IMG/VR virus record: IMGVR_UViG_3300027608_000011
Length of the DNA stretch: 64,000 nucleotides
From: a virus
Lineage: Duplodnaviria; Heunggongvirae; Uroviricota; Caudoviricetes
Strand: one strand, 5' to 3'
How positions within the stretch are numbered: position 1 is the first letter of the stretch; the number at the start of each line of letters is the position of its first letter. Both the position numbers and the translations under genes were made by a program. This document shows, one piece after another, positions 28,932-39,360 of the stretch. The notes beneath the pieces were generated by a model. That model was not told the DNA's origin and made no database searches. It saw nothing but the letters and a program-made list of their open reading frames with translations.

Positions 28932-30236
28932 ATGAAAAAACCATTCGAAGTAATCGACGCCCTTGAGGCTGACAATAGTAGACTTGCTAAAGAAGCAATC
29001 TTTAAGGCAGAGTCTGATGCAGGAAACGATATCTTTTTTGAAGGATGTGGCCTTGCACTTAATAGTTTAATTACCTTTGGACTTAAAAAGGTACCTATCC
29101 ATGGCGGGCCAGACGGGCAAGGGTTGCCATGGGAGGCGTTTGTTGAACTCACTGAACAATTACGCAGTCGTGCATTGACTGGAAATGATGCACGAGCGGC
29201 CGTTGAGTTGTGTCTTAGTTCTGCTAAACAACAAGAATGGAACAGTTGGTATCGACGTATCCTTATTAAGGACCTGCGTTGCGGTGCCAGTGAAAAAACT
29301 ATCAACAATAGTGTAGCAAAGAAATACAAGGTGCCAGTGTTCACTTGTCAACTTGCACACGATAGTACTAACCACGAAAGCAAAGTATGTGGACAAAAAC
29401 TAATCGAAGTCAAACTGGATGGCGTCCGAGTATTAACGATAGTGTATCCGGACGGGCAAGTGGATCAGTTCAGCCGCAATGGCAAGGAATTGCTGAACTT
29501 TGGTCACATCAAAAGCCAATTCGAAAAAACAGTTACTGGCTTGACGGAGCCAGTGGTCTTCGACGGCGAAGTGATGTCAAGTAGTTTCCAAGACTTAATG
29601 AAACAAGTACACCGCAAAGATAATGTAGAAGCCAGCGACGCGGTACTGCACTTGTTTGACTTCATCCCTCTCAAAGACTTCCAAAAAGGTATGTGGGATC
29701 GTAAACAAATTGACCGTAGCGAAAAACTAAAAGCATGGAAAGATTTGTGGACGGCCGAAACTCCTAACGTTGATATCGTTGGACAGGAATTAGTTGACTT
29801 GGATTCAAGTGTGGGCCAGGCTCGTTATACTGAAATTAATGCTCAGGCTATTAAAGGTGGCTATGAAGGTATTATGCTTAAAGATGTTAACGCACCTTAT
29901 GAATGTAAACGTAGTGTGGCGTGGCTTAAACTTAAACCTTTCATTGAAGTCAGCTTAAATGTTGTAGGAGTCGAGGAAGGCACTGGCCGCAACGAAGGCA
30001 GGCTAGGTGCAATTATTTGTGAAGGTCTAGATGATGGGAAAAATATATCTGTTAACGTTGGTAGCGGTTTTAGCGATAACAACCGTGATGACTATTGGAA
30101 TAGTAAATCTAAACTTTTCGGACAAATTGTTGAAGTACGTGCAGATGCAGTTACACAAAATCAGGACGGCACGTATAGTTTGCGCTTTCCTAGGTTCCTA
30201 CGATTCCGAGGCTTCGAAGTCGGCGAAAAACTTTAA
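28932..30236 (+). CDS. lig: ATP-dependent DNA ligase (T4 gp30-like)
   Basis: EVKLDGVR adenylation motif, FDGE, EGIMLK, WLKLKP, SLRFPRF; start reassigned to MKKPF. Confidence 0.95.
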   Translation: MKKPFEVIDALEADNSRLAKEAIFKAESDAGNDIFFEGCGLALNSLITFGLKKVPIHGGPDGQGLPWEAFVELTEQLRSRALTGNDARAAVELCLSSAKQQEWNSWYRRILIKDLRCGASEKTINNSVAKKYKVPVFTCQLAHDSTNHESKVCGQKLIEVKLDGVRVLTIVYPDGQVDQFSRNGKELLNFGHIKSQFEKTVTGLTEPVVFDGEVMSSSFQDLMKQVHRKDNVEASDAVLHLFDFIPLKDFQKGMWDRKQIDRSEKLKAWKDLWTAETPNVDIVGQELVDLDSSVGQARYTEINAQAIKGGYEGIMLKDVNAPYECKRSVAWLKLKPFIEVSLNVVGVEEGTGRNEGRLGAIICEGLDDGKNISVNVGSGFSDNNRDDYWNSKSKLFGQIVEVRADAVTQNQDGTYSLRFPRFLRFRGFEVGEKL

Positions 30237-30244
30237 GGAGTAAT

Positions 30245-30550
30245 ATGAAAAATTGGTTACGACATAAATTGCATAATTTTATCTTTCCACAAGATTGTGT
30301 AGAGTCAAAAGTATCAAACAGCCTTAGTACTAGTATAGGCGGACGGCATCACAAAACATTAAGTAGTGAAACCGAACCATTGAGATTTTCAGTGTATAAT
30401 GCTTCGGGAGGCAAAATTGTTGAAATTAGTCACTACGATCAAAAACGCGATCGCCACGACACCAACCTACATATTATTGGCAGTGATGAGGACTTTGGAG
30501 AAAGCATTGGAAAAATTGCATTCATCGAACTTCTTAAGAAAGGCCACTAG
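30245..30550 (+). CDS. Hypothetical protein
   Basis: AAGGAG RBS, 101 aa. Confidence 0.75.
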   Translation: MKNWLRHKLHNFIFPQDCVESKVSNSLSTSIGGRHHKTLSSETEPLRFSVYNASGGKIVEISHYDQKRDRHDTNLHIIGSDEDFGESIGKIAFIELLKKGH

Positions 30551-30551
30551 T

Positions 30552-30785
30552 ATGCTTACTGAACGAGAAATAGGTTCTATACTGGCCGCGCAGTTAGTGA
30601 GCTTATCCAAAGATCGAACGTACAGTTACATCAGTAACACACCGTCTTATTCTCATTTGGAAGAGCCGGGCAAAAAGATCATGGCTGAACTTGTTGACAT
30701 GTTGTTTGTCAAGGCAGTTGAAGCTGAAAAGAAACGTAGGCAAGATGAAGCTGAACAACTTGTTATGGAAAATCTTAAGAACTAA
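30552..30785 (+). CDS. Hypothetical protein
   Basis: ATG 1 nt after the previous stop (MLTERE). Confidence 0.65.
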   Translation: MLTEREIGSILAAQLVSLSKDRTYSYISNTPSYSHLEEPGKKIMAELVDMLFVKAVEAEKKRRQDEAEQLVMENLKN

Positions 30786-31264
30786 GTTAGAGAAACTAAC
30801 TCTAATGCGGAGTCACTGGTAAGTCTGCTAACAACATCAGCGATTGGAATTTTGAACTTGATGCTGGCATATACCATACCTTTATTTCTAACATCCCATA
30901 ATAGCGGAGACGTTTGTAAGTCGACGAGATATACATTATCTTTAGTTAACGACACACGGGCTCCGTCTTTGTTACAATAATATTGTTCGCCAGAGGTAAG
31001 TAGATTCATAATCATACAAGTGAACCATTGGCTTTTTCCGTAATGTTCTTTTAATGTGGGACCGTACATGCTGTAACTGGGCTCTATTGCAATATCAGCT
31101 ACACTAGAAGGTATGCATTTCAGAAACTCTTGTTTGTGTTCTCCAATTGGAGTTACAGATTTTTTATGTTGGGCTATATGTATTCTGTCCCAATTTATCC
31201 ATTTTAAATTTTGTTCTTCCCATCTATTGGGAAACTTAATTCCCTTTAATTCATAAATGGTCAT
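30782..31264 (-). CDS. Hypothetical protein coupled to the gp5-like gene
   Basis: ATGA overlap with the gp5-like stop. Confidence 0.6.
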   Translation of the reverse strand: MTIYELKGIKFPNRWEEQNLKWINWDRIHIAQHKKSVTPIGEHKQEFLKCIPSSVADIAIEPSYSMYGPTLKEHYGKSQWFTCMIMNLLTSGEQYYCNKDGARVSLTKDNVYLVDLQTSPLLWDVRNKGMVYASIKFKIPIADVVSRLTSDSALELVSLT

Positions 31265-33234
31265 GGTACAAATCCAGCTGGTTTGGCAACGTTTTGCCAT
31301 TGTCTCTTTTGCACTTCGGTAGGTGCACCAAACACAGGCTTCCAGCGGCCTGCGCCTAGTTGTTCGCCTTTAGTTTGTGCTTTATTATTATTAATAGCTC
31401 GTTTAATTGCCTTAAATCCTTCCAGCTCTAACTGCTGTCTTGTATTACCTTTAGGATAATTACCAGTTAAAAATATTTGTGCTTCTTTAAGTCGTCGTGC
31501 ATTCTCATGCGGGCAAGCACTAATAGCATTGCCCATACTCTTATAGTCTTTTTCTTTTGCTAATGTTATAATGGTCTTGCCGTTAAGTTTTAATCCAGAC
31601 ATGCCACCGGCTCCCATATTATATGCAACACTAATTAATGCATCATATTGAGGTTGAGTAAACTTAACCCCTTTAAATCTTCTACTCATTTCTTTTTCGA
31701 AATACTTAACGTCTTGCAAGAACTTATTATATGCTTGGTCGTATGTTTTGCCGTTTTCAAATTCACCAGCAGTATCATGCGGTATTCCGGGTTGTTGTAA
31801 ATGACCAAAGCCAATACTGTTGTATCTGTAGTCCCAGTAATCTATTGGGCGGAATGCTTCTTGTCCTAATATAAAATCTACGCCAGGTTTACTTATATGC
31901 ATAGCAGATACATCAGTCATTGTAGTAGTGTCTACACCTTCACTGGGCTTAACGTCAGATACATCCAATGGAGTAGTTGATGCATTGGGATCAGTGGGAA
32001 ACTGATGATCTAGTGCTGGGTCGGAACTCTGTTGCGCTGACCTAGTAATACTAACTAGCCCTGGATTGGGTAAATTAACGTGGCCTTGCCATGGCTCGTG
32101 TTCGGGTGCTCTACTTACTATAGATCTCCTTAAACTAGTATTTGTAACCAATGCAGTTTCTTCTGGCTGTGCTGGATCATCTGCTCCTGGTCCATTTAAA
32201 TGAATTGTGCTTCCGACTACTATAACTTCTCCGGTGGCTCCTATTGTTAACTTGCCGTTAACTCCTAATGCCATACCTGCGCCAGCCAGCATATCAATAC
32301 GTTGACCTATTGTTTGTCGCATATTGCCGCCGGCTTTAACATTAAAGTCGTCAACACATTCCATATTAATATTTTTGCCGGCCCTTAGGTTTAAATCTCC
32401 CAAGGTATGCATGTTAATGCCACCTTCAGCATACGCATCTATATGGCCATCGGCACTTAATTCAAACCATGCTGTTCCATCTCTATTAATCATGTACACC
32501 ATACCAAAGGTATCGCTAATGAATATTTGTGCGCCGTGTGATGTACGTAATCTAATATAAGAATTTTTTACATCATCGTCCATAACAAACTGTTGTTGTC
32601 CAGGTGTCAATATGCCTTGCACTTTACTAACGCTGTCGCGTTGTGCGCCGCTGGTACTATTACCCCTGAGAAAGTCTTTAGTTAGTCCTTGGTCTTCCAA
32701 TGCATCTGCAAGTGTGGAATGTCGGGGTCGCAAGCTGGCATCGTTATCTAAATCTCGTTTATTTTTTTCTGCGCTGGGATATGTCTCTGCATTTGTTGTT
32801 TTACCATATGTTTTACCGAATGGAATTCCTGGAACAGTATATGTATTTGCTTGTTGATATAAACAAGCAAACCATACACCTTTAGTAATATCTCCGTTGG
32901 GAAACGCAATTAGAACTTCATTATTAACGTCGGGCGGCACAAACCAAAACCCATAGGCTTTTTGTGTATCTTTAAAACTTTTAGGATTAGATCCAGTTGC
33001 ATGTGGATTAGTAGCGCCAGCAAACGGACTAGCATATCCGACTGTGATCCAGCTGGATGAATCTTCAGACGAACTTTTAAATTCTGGGATCCAAACTTTA
33101 AGTCTGCCCATACCTCTGTCATCTTTATTATCTTTAATAATGCCAAGATATATGCCCAAGGGCATATTAATTCTACTGGCGTTGCCGTCCTTAGATTGTG
33201 GTCTTACTCTATTTGCCGCGTTACTTAATGCCAT
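31261..33234 (-). CDS. gp5: Baseplate spike, gp5/VgrG-like, with a C-terminal GH24-type lysozyme
   Basis: OB-fold D.RGMGRLKVWIP...PPDVNNEVLIAF; beta-helix repeats; GQEAFRPIDYWD..SIGFGH and QYDALISVAYNMG. Confidence 0.85.
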   Translation of the reverse strand: MALSNAANRVRPQSKDGNASRINMPLGIYLGIIKDNKDDRGMGRLKVWIPEFKSSSEDSSSWITVGYASPFAGATNPHATGSNPKSFKDTQKAYGFWFVPPDVNNEVLIAFPNGDITKGVWFACLYQQANTYTVPGIPFGKTYGKTTNAETYPSAEKNKRDLDNDASLRPRHSTLADALEDQGLTKDFLRGNSTSGAQRDSVSKVQGILTPGQQQFVMDDDVKNSYIRLRTSHGAQIFISDTFGMVYMINRDGTAWFELSADGHIDAYAEGGINMHTLGDLNLRAGKNINMECVDDFNVKAGGNMRQTIGQRIDMLAGAGMALGVNGKLTIGATGEVIVVGSTIHLNGPGADDPAQPEETALVTNTSLRRSIVSRAPEHEPWQGHVNLPNPGLVSITRSAQQSSDPALDHQFPTDPNASTTPLDVSDVKPSEGVDTTTMTDVSAMHISKPGVDFILGQEAFRPIDYWDYRYNSIGFGHLQQPGIPHDTAGEFENGKTYDQAYNKFLQDVKYFEKEMSRRFKGVKFTQPQYDALISVAYNMGAGGMSGLKLNGKTIITLAKEKDYKSMGNAISACPHENARRLKEAQIFLTGNYPKGNTRQQLELEGFKAIKRAINNNKAQTKGEQLGAGRWKPVFGAPTEVQKRQWQNVAKPAGFVP

Positions 33235-33237
33235 GTG

Positions 33238-35619
33238 TTAACTCTTTGTGTTTGGAACTGTCGAAGATGTTTTAGTTGGATACGACTCTCGACTTTTCTT
33301 TACAGACTTCTGTTCTGTAGCTTTATCTGCGGCTTTCTTTGAAGCCGTTTGTGTTTCGATGCCTAAATAACTGTTAATAATATTTGCATCTCTTACTGCT
33401 GTTAACTTTTGTGTAAAATTTCCTTTAAAAGTATGCTCTACATTTGTAACTAGATATAAACCAGATATCATCTGATTCGTATCAAACGTCATCAATCCAT
33501 CATCGTTATATTGGCTTGGTGTTTGAACGGCCAAGTACAAATAATTGCCGCCTTTATTATAATCTGCAAATATAGAATTAGAATACTTGGCCTGATTGTT
33601 TCCAGCTAGTTTTTCTAACAGTATGCTATTTGGCACACCAAACCAGAATGGATCTCCAATTATTTCTATTGGGTCTAGTTTACATAAATCTGCACTGGCT
33701 TTGAGTTGATTAAAGATATATCCGAAACTACCTCTGTTGTTACTAAACGGACTTTCCATACCTTGAGTTGATTCTTGGTCAGTGTCGTCTTCTAAGAATC
33801 TATTTAACAACCAACCCGCATTAACCTGTGTATTGTCTACTACCCCTTCGCTGTCTTGATAAGTTAATCCTTGAACTCGTATTTGCTTAGGATCCTGTTG
33901 CGGTGCATTTTGGCCGAACTTTTTAATTGGACCTAGTAATGTTGTTACGGCGGCTTGCTTATCTTGCATCCATGGATTAGTTTTCTGCTTTGCTTCTAAT
34001 TCTGCAATTCGTTGTTGTCTTTTAGACTCTCTTAGATAAATGCCCTCTCTTGCGTCTTTGAGTGCTTTGGCATTATCTTTCCATTCTTTTCTAGCTTCAT
34101 CAATACGTGCTTTTTCCCCATTGGGATTGCCTTTAATTTTGTCTCCATGCTGACTAGTATCTGCAAATGCTGTTCCGTTAGTAGGCACAGGTTGAAAATA
34201 ACTGTTTTCTAACTTAATGTTAAAATTCATTACTTCAGTGTTACGGCCAGTATACAAATAGTCATAGCGTTTGTTAAGCATGTTTAATGCTTTCATTTTC
34301 ATGAAACGCTTTTTAACTGTTTCTTTATTAGTATTGTCGTCACCACCTTGCTGTGCATCTTGATCAGCTGGCGTTACAATCTGCGGAGTTATCCACGGTA
34401 TTATTTTGTATGTTATTTTCTTTGCATAGTCTTTAACATAGCTATCAAACTCAATTGCTTCAGTCCATGTTTGTACTCTGAAAAATTGATATGGATCAGC
34501 GGCTTCGTCGGGAGTTATTTTACTAGGTAATCCTTTTTCGCCGCCGGCACTACCTTTTCGTTCTACACGTTGTAATTGTTGCATTTCGTCTGTGCCAGCT
34601 AAAATAACATTAATCAATCCTAGTATACCAGACCCTTCCCTGAATACTTGTTTACCTTTGCCGCCGTCAGATTGCAGTGATTTACTGATAGAAATATTAC
34701 TAGGGTTAAAATTAGCAAATCTATATTTTGCTATTTCTGGATCAACTTGGAATACATATTCATGTGCTACTAATTTACTAGCGTATACTTTATTTTTTTC
34801 TTTTTGATTCAATGCAGTGGCTAAGCCAGTGAAGTATTCTCCAACTGTGGACGCAGAAACATTAACAATGTCTTTTAAGTTTTCTACAATTAGTTCCTGT
34901 GCTTGAACTTCTTGGTGTACAAATTCAATATCATACTTGCCGCCGTTGGCATCTATATTCATAGTTACTTTTTTAAACACAATTGGCCATATAAAATAAG
35001 TGTCAGGAATAAAAATGTTTTCGCCAGTTTCGGTTGTTCCTTTAAATGTAACTTCTAGATAATAACTTGCTTGGGTGTGATTAGATATACGTAACGCATT
35101 AGCTGTTCTAACTATATTATCTAAAAATCTAACACCCAATGGTTCAACAATAACCATTCTACCAGTTGTATTAGTTACATTCTGAGACTTACTATCCCAA
35201 TTACAAACAGATTTAAGAGTGCATTCATCAATGACCATGTCGGCAGTCGCGGCGGTTTCTGCAATAACTACGCCCTGTTCGACTTTCCAGTCTGACACAA
35301 GTTGTGGATGTATCATTGTTAAGCGCAAATAGTACGCAGTATTAGTATAAGTGTTAAGAATATTATCTTTAAACTTGTTTGCCGCTTCAGCGGCATTTGC
35401 AATATCTAATTGAACTGGTACAACTGATTTGTCTTTGTCATCTACTTGTTTTATGTAGTCGGGATCTTTAAGAGCGTTTACTCTAGATTTTCTATTTTCA
35501 ACTACATTGTCGTAGCCCGCTTGAGTTTCGGCATCTCTGCCTTTATTAGCTTTCGCGGCCTCGGCGGCATTCGTCGGAGGGTTGCTCTTACTAGGATATT
35601 TTTGTTTTACTGTAGCCAT
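33238..35619 (-). CDS. Putative baseplate hub protein (gp27-like)
   Basis: Located between gp53-like and gp5-like genes; IIGDPFW...SGLYLVTNVEHTFKGNFTQKL. Confidence 0.6.
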   Translation of the reverse strand: MATVKQKYPSKSNPPTNAAEAAKANKGRDAETQAGYDNVVENRKSRVNALKDPDYIKQVDDKDKSVVPVQLDIANAAEAANKFKDNILNTYTNTAYYLRLTMIHPQLVSDWKVEQGVVIAETAATADMVIDECTLKSVCNWDSKSQNVTNTTGRMVIVEPLGVRFLDNIVRTANALRISNHTQASYYLEVTFKGTTETGENIFIPDTYFIWPIVFKKVTMNIDANGGKYDIEFVHQEVQAQELIVENLKDIVNVSASTVGEYFTGLATALNQKEKNKVYASKLVAHEYVFQVDPEIAKYRFANFNPSNISISKSLQSDGGKGKQVFREGSGILGLINVILAGTDEMQQLQRVERKGSAGGEKGLPSKITPDEAADPYQFFRVQTWTEAIEFDSYVKDYAKKITYKIIPWITPQIVTPADQDAQQGGDDNTNKETVKKRFMKMKALNMLNKRYDYLYTGRNTEVMNFNIKLENSYFQPVPTNGTAFADTSQHGDKIKGNPNGEKARIDEARKEWKDNAKALKDAREGIYLRESKRQQRIAELEAKQKTNPWMQDKQAAVTTLLGPIKKFGQNAPQQDPKQIRVQGLTYQDSEGVVDNTQVNAGWLLNRFLEDDTDQESTQGMESPFSNNRGSFGYIFNQLKASADLCKLDPIEIIGDPFWFGVPNSILLEKLAGNNQAKYSNSIFADYNKGGNYLYLAVQTPSQYNDDGLMTFDTNQMISGLYLVTNVEHTFKGNFTQKLTAVRDANIINSYLGIETQTASKKAADKATEQKSVKKSRESYPTKTSSTVPNTKS

Positions 35620-35620
35620 T

Positions 35621-35911
35621 TTATAGGTATGTGTTTGCTCGGTCTTTACTTAGTAATTTAATCCTTGTGCCAGATTTAAAGTCGAACACCGGATCTCTCA
35701 ATACGTTTGGATTTAATGCACGGAATATCCACCATAATCTACTAGACCCATACGCTTCATAAGCTAATAGGTCTGGTCGGCAATGATATTTAGGTTCAAT
35801 TGTAATTTCTATTTCAGTTCCGTCGTAGGCAATAGATGGCAAACTTGCTGTGTCTAAATAAAACCTGTTGATTCGGGTAGTAGAATACGGGCTTGCATTT
35901 TCATATCTCAT
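35621..35911 (-). CDS. Baseplate wedge gp53/LysM-like protein
   Basis: RPDLLAYEAYGSSRLWWIF..N. Confidence 0.75.
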   Translation of the reverse strand: MRYENASPYSTTRINRFYLDTASLPSIAYDGTEIEITIEPKYHCRPDLLAYEAYGSSRLWWIFRALNPNVLRDPVFDFKSGTRIKLLSKDRANTYL

Positions 35912-35913
35912 AA

Positions 35914-36534
35914 TTAAATGTATCCTTGTTTGGCCAATGTGCCGTTCGCAAAGTCAGACAAATTGAATTTGTTTTTGATAGCATTAGTGCTATATTGCAC
36001 TGACAGATCCATGGTCATTTCTAACACCATCGGTACCATTGACGTTCCAATCGGCGTTTTAATTGGCACATAGTCTACATCACTAGGGTACCTGTAGTTT
36101 ACGCTGATCACCTGTACCGGAACATTTTCAAAGTTCGTTGGACCATATGCGCTGAAATTTAACACTGGTGGCGGACTGCCGCGCTTTGCATCAGTTACAC
36201 CAAAATGCATTTTGGTGATTGTTCTTAAGTAATGCATTACTGCTATCATGTATAATCCATCGTCAACAGTACTTGCAGTAAATTTGATTGAGTTCAAACT
36301 TATCCTAGGGTTTTCTGTTCTTTTGTAAATATTAGGACTATAGTTAGTATGGGTCAGCGCCAATGGATCGTATATTGCCCTGACATCATACTGAATGTCT
36401 GGCATATATGGAAAGAGTATGCCGCCGAATTGTTTAAGTGGATCTAGTATTGGGCTGTTAAACATTGGGTCACGTACCCCTTGTTTACTGGCCAGTGACA
36501 CCCTGTTGGAATAATTAATCGATTCGCCCGCCAT
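35914..36534 (-). CDS. Tail tube initiator / baseplate protein (gp48/gp54-like)
   Basis: FPYMP...GSPPPVLNFSAYG...PVQVISV. Confidence 0.6.
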   Translation of the reverse strand: MAGESINYSNRVSLASKQGVRDPMFNSPILDPLKQFGGILFPYMPDIQYDVRAIYDPLALTHTNYSPNIYKRTENPRISLNSIKFTASTVDDGLYMIAVMHYLRTITKMHFGVTDAKRGSPPPVLNFSAYGPTNFENVPVQVISVNYRYPSDVDYVPIKTPIGTSMVPMVLEMTMDLSVQYSTNAIKNKFNLSDFANGTLAKQGYI

Positions 36535-37144
36535 TGCCGTCTCCTAGTTTGCTATCTACCATTTTAAATAATTGCTGATCAAATTTACCAAATAACTCTG
36601 TAAATAATTTAACTCGAGTCTCAGAGTCTGAATCTTTATACATTGCTCGTATTTCACTAGCACTTCGTATTTCGCGGCCTAATATACTAAAATCAAATGT
36701 CGGTACGGTATACACATATCCATGTTTGTCAAATGTTTTAAAATCATGGTCTTTCTGAAAAGCCTGTAAATAGCTAGGTGTGCCATCTTTCTTTAAACCA
36801 AATTTGAAACGAGGGTCATCTGACATATCTTTTTCACTGACTGCAAACACCAATACATTTTTAGTAGGATCATAATTTGCTGTAATTTCCTGTGCTTGAT
36901 ATGGGTTTTTTGTTAAAATTACTTGGCTAGAAGGAACGCCCGTTAATTGCATTAATGCTTTCTTTTCTGCAAAAGAAAACGGACTTTTAAGAGGTTCTAC
37001 TTTGTCACTAGTAGCAATATACACTGAGCCAGCTCCAAATTGTTTGACTAAGAAGTCAAATACCTGCTTGTGTCCTAAATGAAAAGGCTGAAATCTACCG
37101 GGGTATACTATTACTAGTCTCTTGTCTATTTGGCTGAATCTCAT
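36515..37144 (-). CDS. HxGH nucleotidyltransferase (cytidylyltransferase-like)
   Basis: YPGRFQPFHLGH; SPFSFAEK; SASEIR. Confidence 0.8.
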   Translation of the reverse strand: MRFSQIDKRLVIVYPGRFQPFHLGHKQVFDFLVKQFGAGSVYIATSDKVEPLKSPFSFAEKKALMQLTGVPSSQVILTKNPYQAQEITANYDPTKNVLVFAVSEKDMSDDPRFKFGLKKDGTPSYLQAFQKDHDFKTFDKHGYVYTVPTFDFSILGREIRSASEIRAMYKDSDSETRVKLFTELFGKFDQQLFKMVDSKLGDGNGGRID

Positions 37145-37211
37145 CGCATTGTTCCTTATCTATCTAATATTTATGGCAAACAAAAACGGTGAATTCATGC
37201 TTTTATAACCA

Positions 37212-37240
37212 TTGACAATGGTAGTCTACTCTAGTATAAT
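37212..37240 (+). promoter_or_regulatory. Consensus sigma70 promoter for the gp55-gp47-gp46 operon
   Basis: TTGACA-17-TATAAT with the ATG 6 nt downstream. Confidence 0.85.
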
Positions 37241-37246
37241 AATTCT

Positions 37247-38152
37247 ATGACCGCACCTAAAATATACCTTAGCAACAAAGAATTGCTTAAAGAAATACAT
37301 AAAAGTAAGATGACTTACTCTTGGATTAAAAGCCCAGATTACTTTCAGCATGATATTATTGTGCGAGATTTAAACGATTTCAATAGTACCCCCACTGAAA
37401 AGTTGCCAGACGGAGTAATTGCCGAAGCGCAGTCAAACAGAGCGGCGGCACTAAGTGCCAAAGCGCACGATGTTGCTCTTAAAGAATGGGAAGGTAAGGG
37501 CGGTAAGGGCGAAAAGCCAAAAGCCATTCAATATAAAGTTGATTCTTCTACCGTTAATCCCGACGATTTAGTTATTCGATTAATGACATTCGCACATATT
37601 CCCGAGGAGCCGGGTAGGAAAAACAAACCAAAAATAACTTCGGACTACCATAGTAAAGTAAATTTCCCACCGTTCCAACATTTTGCTAAACTCAACGGAG
37701 ACTGGAAAGAAGTAGCTCGAAGTCATTGGAAGGGCGATGCAGATACCGGAGAGTTCAGTGTTGACCACGGAACAACTACTAGACGTTTAGCTGAAATGTA
37801 CATAAAATTATGTGAACGTTACAGTATGCGTAGTAACTGGCGAGGCTATACGTATGTTGAAGAAATGCGTGGTCAGGCACTATTACAATTAAGTCAAATT
37901 GGTTTACAGTTTGATGAATCGAAATCTGAGAATCCGTTTGCATACTATACTGCCGCTATTACTAATAGCTTTACTCGAATTTTAAATATTGAAAAGAAAA
38001 ATCAGGTTATCCGTGATGATTTGTTAATCGACAACGGGCAATTACCAAGTTACAGTAGACAGTTGGAGTACGAAGCAGGTATGGTTCTAGAAAGGGAACG
38101 CAACTCTGCTCTGCGAGATTCGGAATCAGTAGGGGTAATTGTAGATGAATAA
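37247..38152 (+). CDS. gp55: Late-transcription sigma factor, T4 gp55-like
   Basis: YLSNKELL; NWRGYTY.EEM; FDESKSENPFAYYT...EKKNQ; synteny with gp47/gp46. Confidence 0.85.
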   Translation: MTAPKIYLSNKELLKEIHKSKMTYSWIKSPDYFQHDIIVRDLNDFNSTPTEKLPDGVIAEAQSNRAAALSAKAHDVALKEWEGKGGKGEKPKAIQYKVDSSTVNPDDLVIRLMTFAHIPEEPGRKNKPKITSDYHSKVNFPPFQHFAKLNGDWKEVARSHWKGDADTGEFSVDHGTTTRRLAEMYIKLCERYSMRSNWRGYTYVEEMRGQALLQLSQIGLQFDESKSENPFAYYTAAITNSFTRILNIEKKNQVIRDDLLIDNGQLPSYSRQLEYEAGMVLERERNSALRDSESVGVIVDE

Positions 38153-38333
38153 TGGTACTAAAGAACGTATGCAAGAACTGATGGTACCTATCGACACTAG
38201 TATACAGTTAACAAATGATTCAAATGAGCTCCTTATGGTTGCATGTGCTATGATGCAACGCTCAAAAGAAATATTCGAAACAGTACTAGGAGATACAGGT
38301 CGTAAAAAGATGTTTAAGGATTATGCTGAATGA
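38145..38333 (+). CDS. Small hypothetical protein
   Basis: Overlaps both neighbours. Confidence 0.65.
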   Translation: MNNGTKERMQELMVPIDTSIQLTNDSNELLMVACAMMQRSKEIFETVLGDTGRKKMFKDYAE

Positions 38334-39349
38334 CTCAACTTTTTAAAAAAGTAGCTTGCTTTACTGATATTCATTTCGGTATGAGGCAAAATAGCAAAGC
38401 ACACAATCAGGACTGCGAAGATTTTATCAATTGGTTCTGTGAAACTGCAAGAAAAGAAGGTGCTGAAACTTGTATTTTCTTAGGGGATTGGCATCACCAT
38501 CGTGCAACCGTTAATGTTAGTACACTGAACTATACTGTTAATAATCTAGAAACGTTAAGTAAAAATTTCAAACAAGTGTATTTTATCACTGGTAATCATG
38601 ATTTGTATTACAGAGAAAAAAGAGAGTTAAACAGTTTACCGTTTGCAAAAAATATGGATAATATTATAATGGTAGACGAAGTATTCCGGCAAGGTGATGT
38701 TGCTATTATTCCTTGGCTAGTAGAAGATGAATGGACTAAGATGAAATCTCTTAAAGAGAAATATGTATTTGGTCATTTCGAACTTCCTAACTTTTATATG
38801 AACGCTATGGTAGAAATGCCGGACCATGGCGGTTTAAATTCTGGACATTTTCCTAATCAAGAGTATGTGTTTAGTGGACATTTTCACAAGAGACAGAATA
38901 GAGGAAATGTACACTATATTGGCAATGCATTTCCACACAACTATGCCGACGCTGGAGATGACGAACGTGGTATGATGATCCTAGAGTGGGGTGGCAAGCC
39001 AGAATACATTACATGGCCAGGCCAACCTAGATTCCGTACAGTAAAGCTAACTCAGCTTATTGAAAATCCAGATTCTTATCTAAGCCCTAGTACATTTATA
39101 CGTGTTACGGTGGACGTTGACATTAGCTACGAAGAAAGCACATTTCTTAAAGAAAACTTTATGGACACATACAAGTTACGAGAAATTAGTTTTATCCCTG
39201 GCAAAAAAGAAGAACATGCAACCGAATGGGATGCTGGAGAAATTAAATTTGAAAGTGTTGACACTATTGTGTTAAACCAATTGACTGCCATCGATAGTAA
39301 AGTTATCAACAAGCAAATGTTGATTGACATTTACAACGGATTACAGTAA
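38330..39349 (+). CDS. gp47: Recombination nuclease, Mre11/SbcD-like (T4 gp47)
   Basis: DIH, GDWHH, GNHD and SGHFH phosphoesterase motifs. Confidence 0.95.
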   Translation: MTQLFKKVACFTDIHFGMRQNSKAHNQDCEDFINWFCETARKEGAETCIFLGDWHHHRATVNVSTLNYTVNNLETLSKNFKQVYFITGNHDLYYREKRELNSLPFAKNMDNIIMVDEVFRQGDVAIIPWLVEDEWTKMKSLKEKYVFGHFELPNFYMNAMVEMPDHGGLNSGHFPNQEYVFSGHFHKRQNRGNVHYIGNAFPHNYADAGDDERGMMILEWGGKPEYITWPGQPRFRTVKLTQLIENPDSYLSPSTFIRVTVDVDISYEESTFLKENFMDTYKLREISFIPGKKEEHATEWDAGEIKFESVDTIVLNQLTAIDSKVINKQMLIDIYNGLQ

Positions 39350-39360
39350 AATAACAATCT

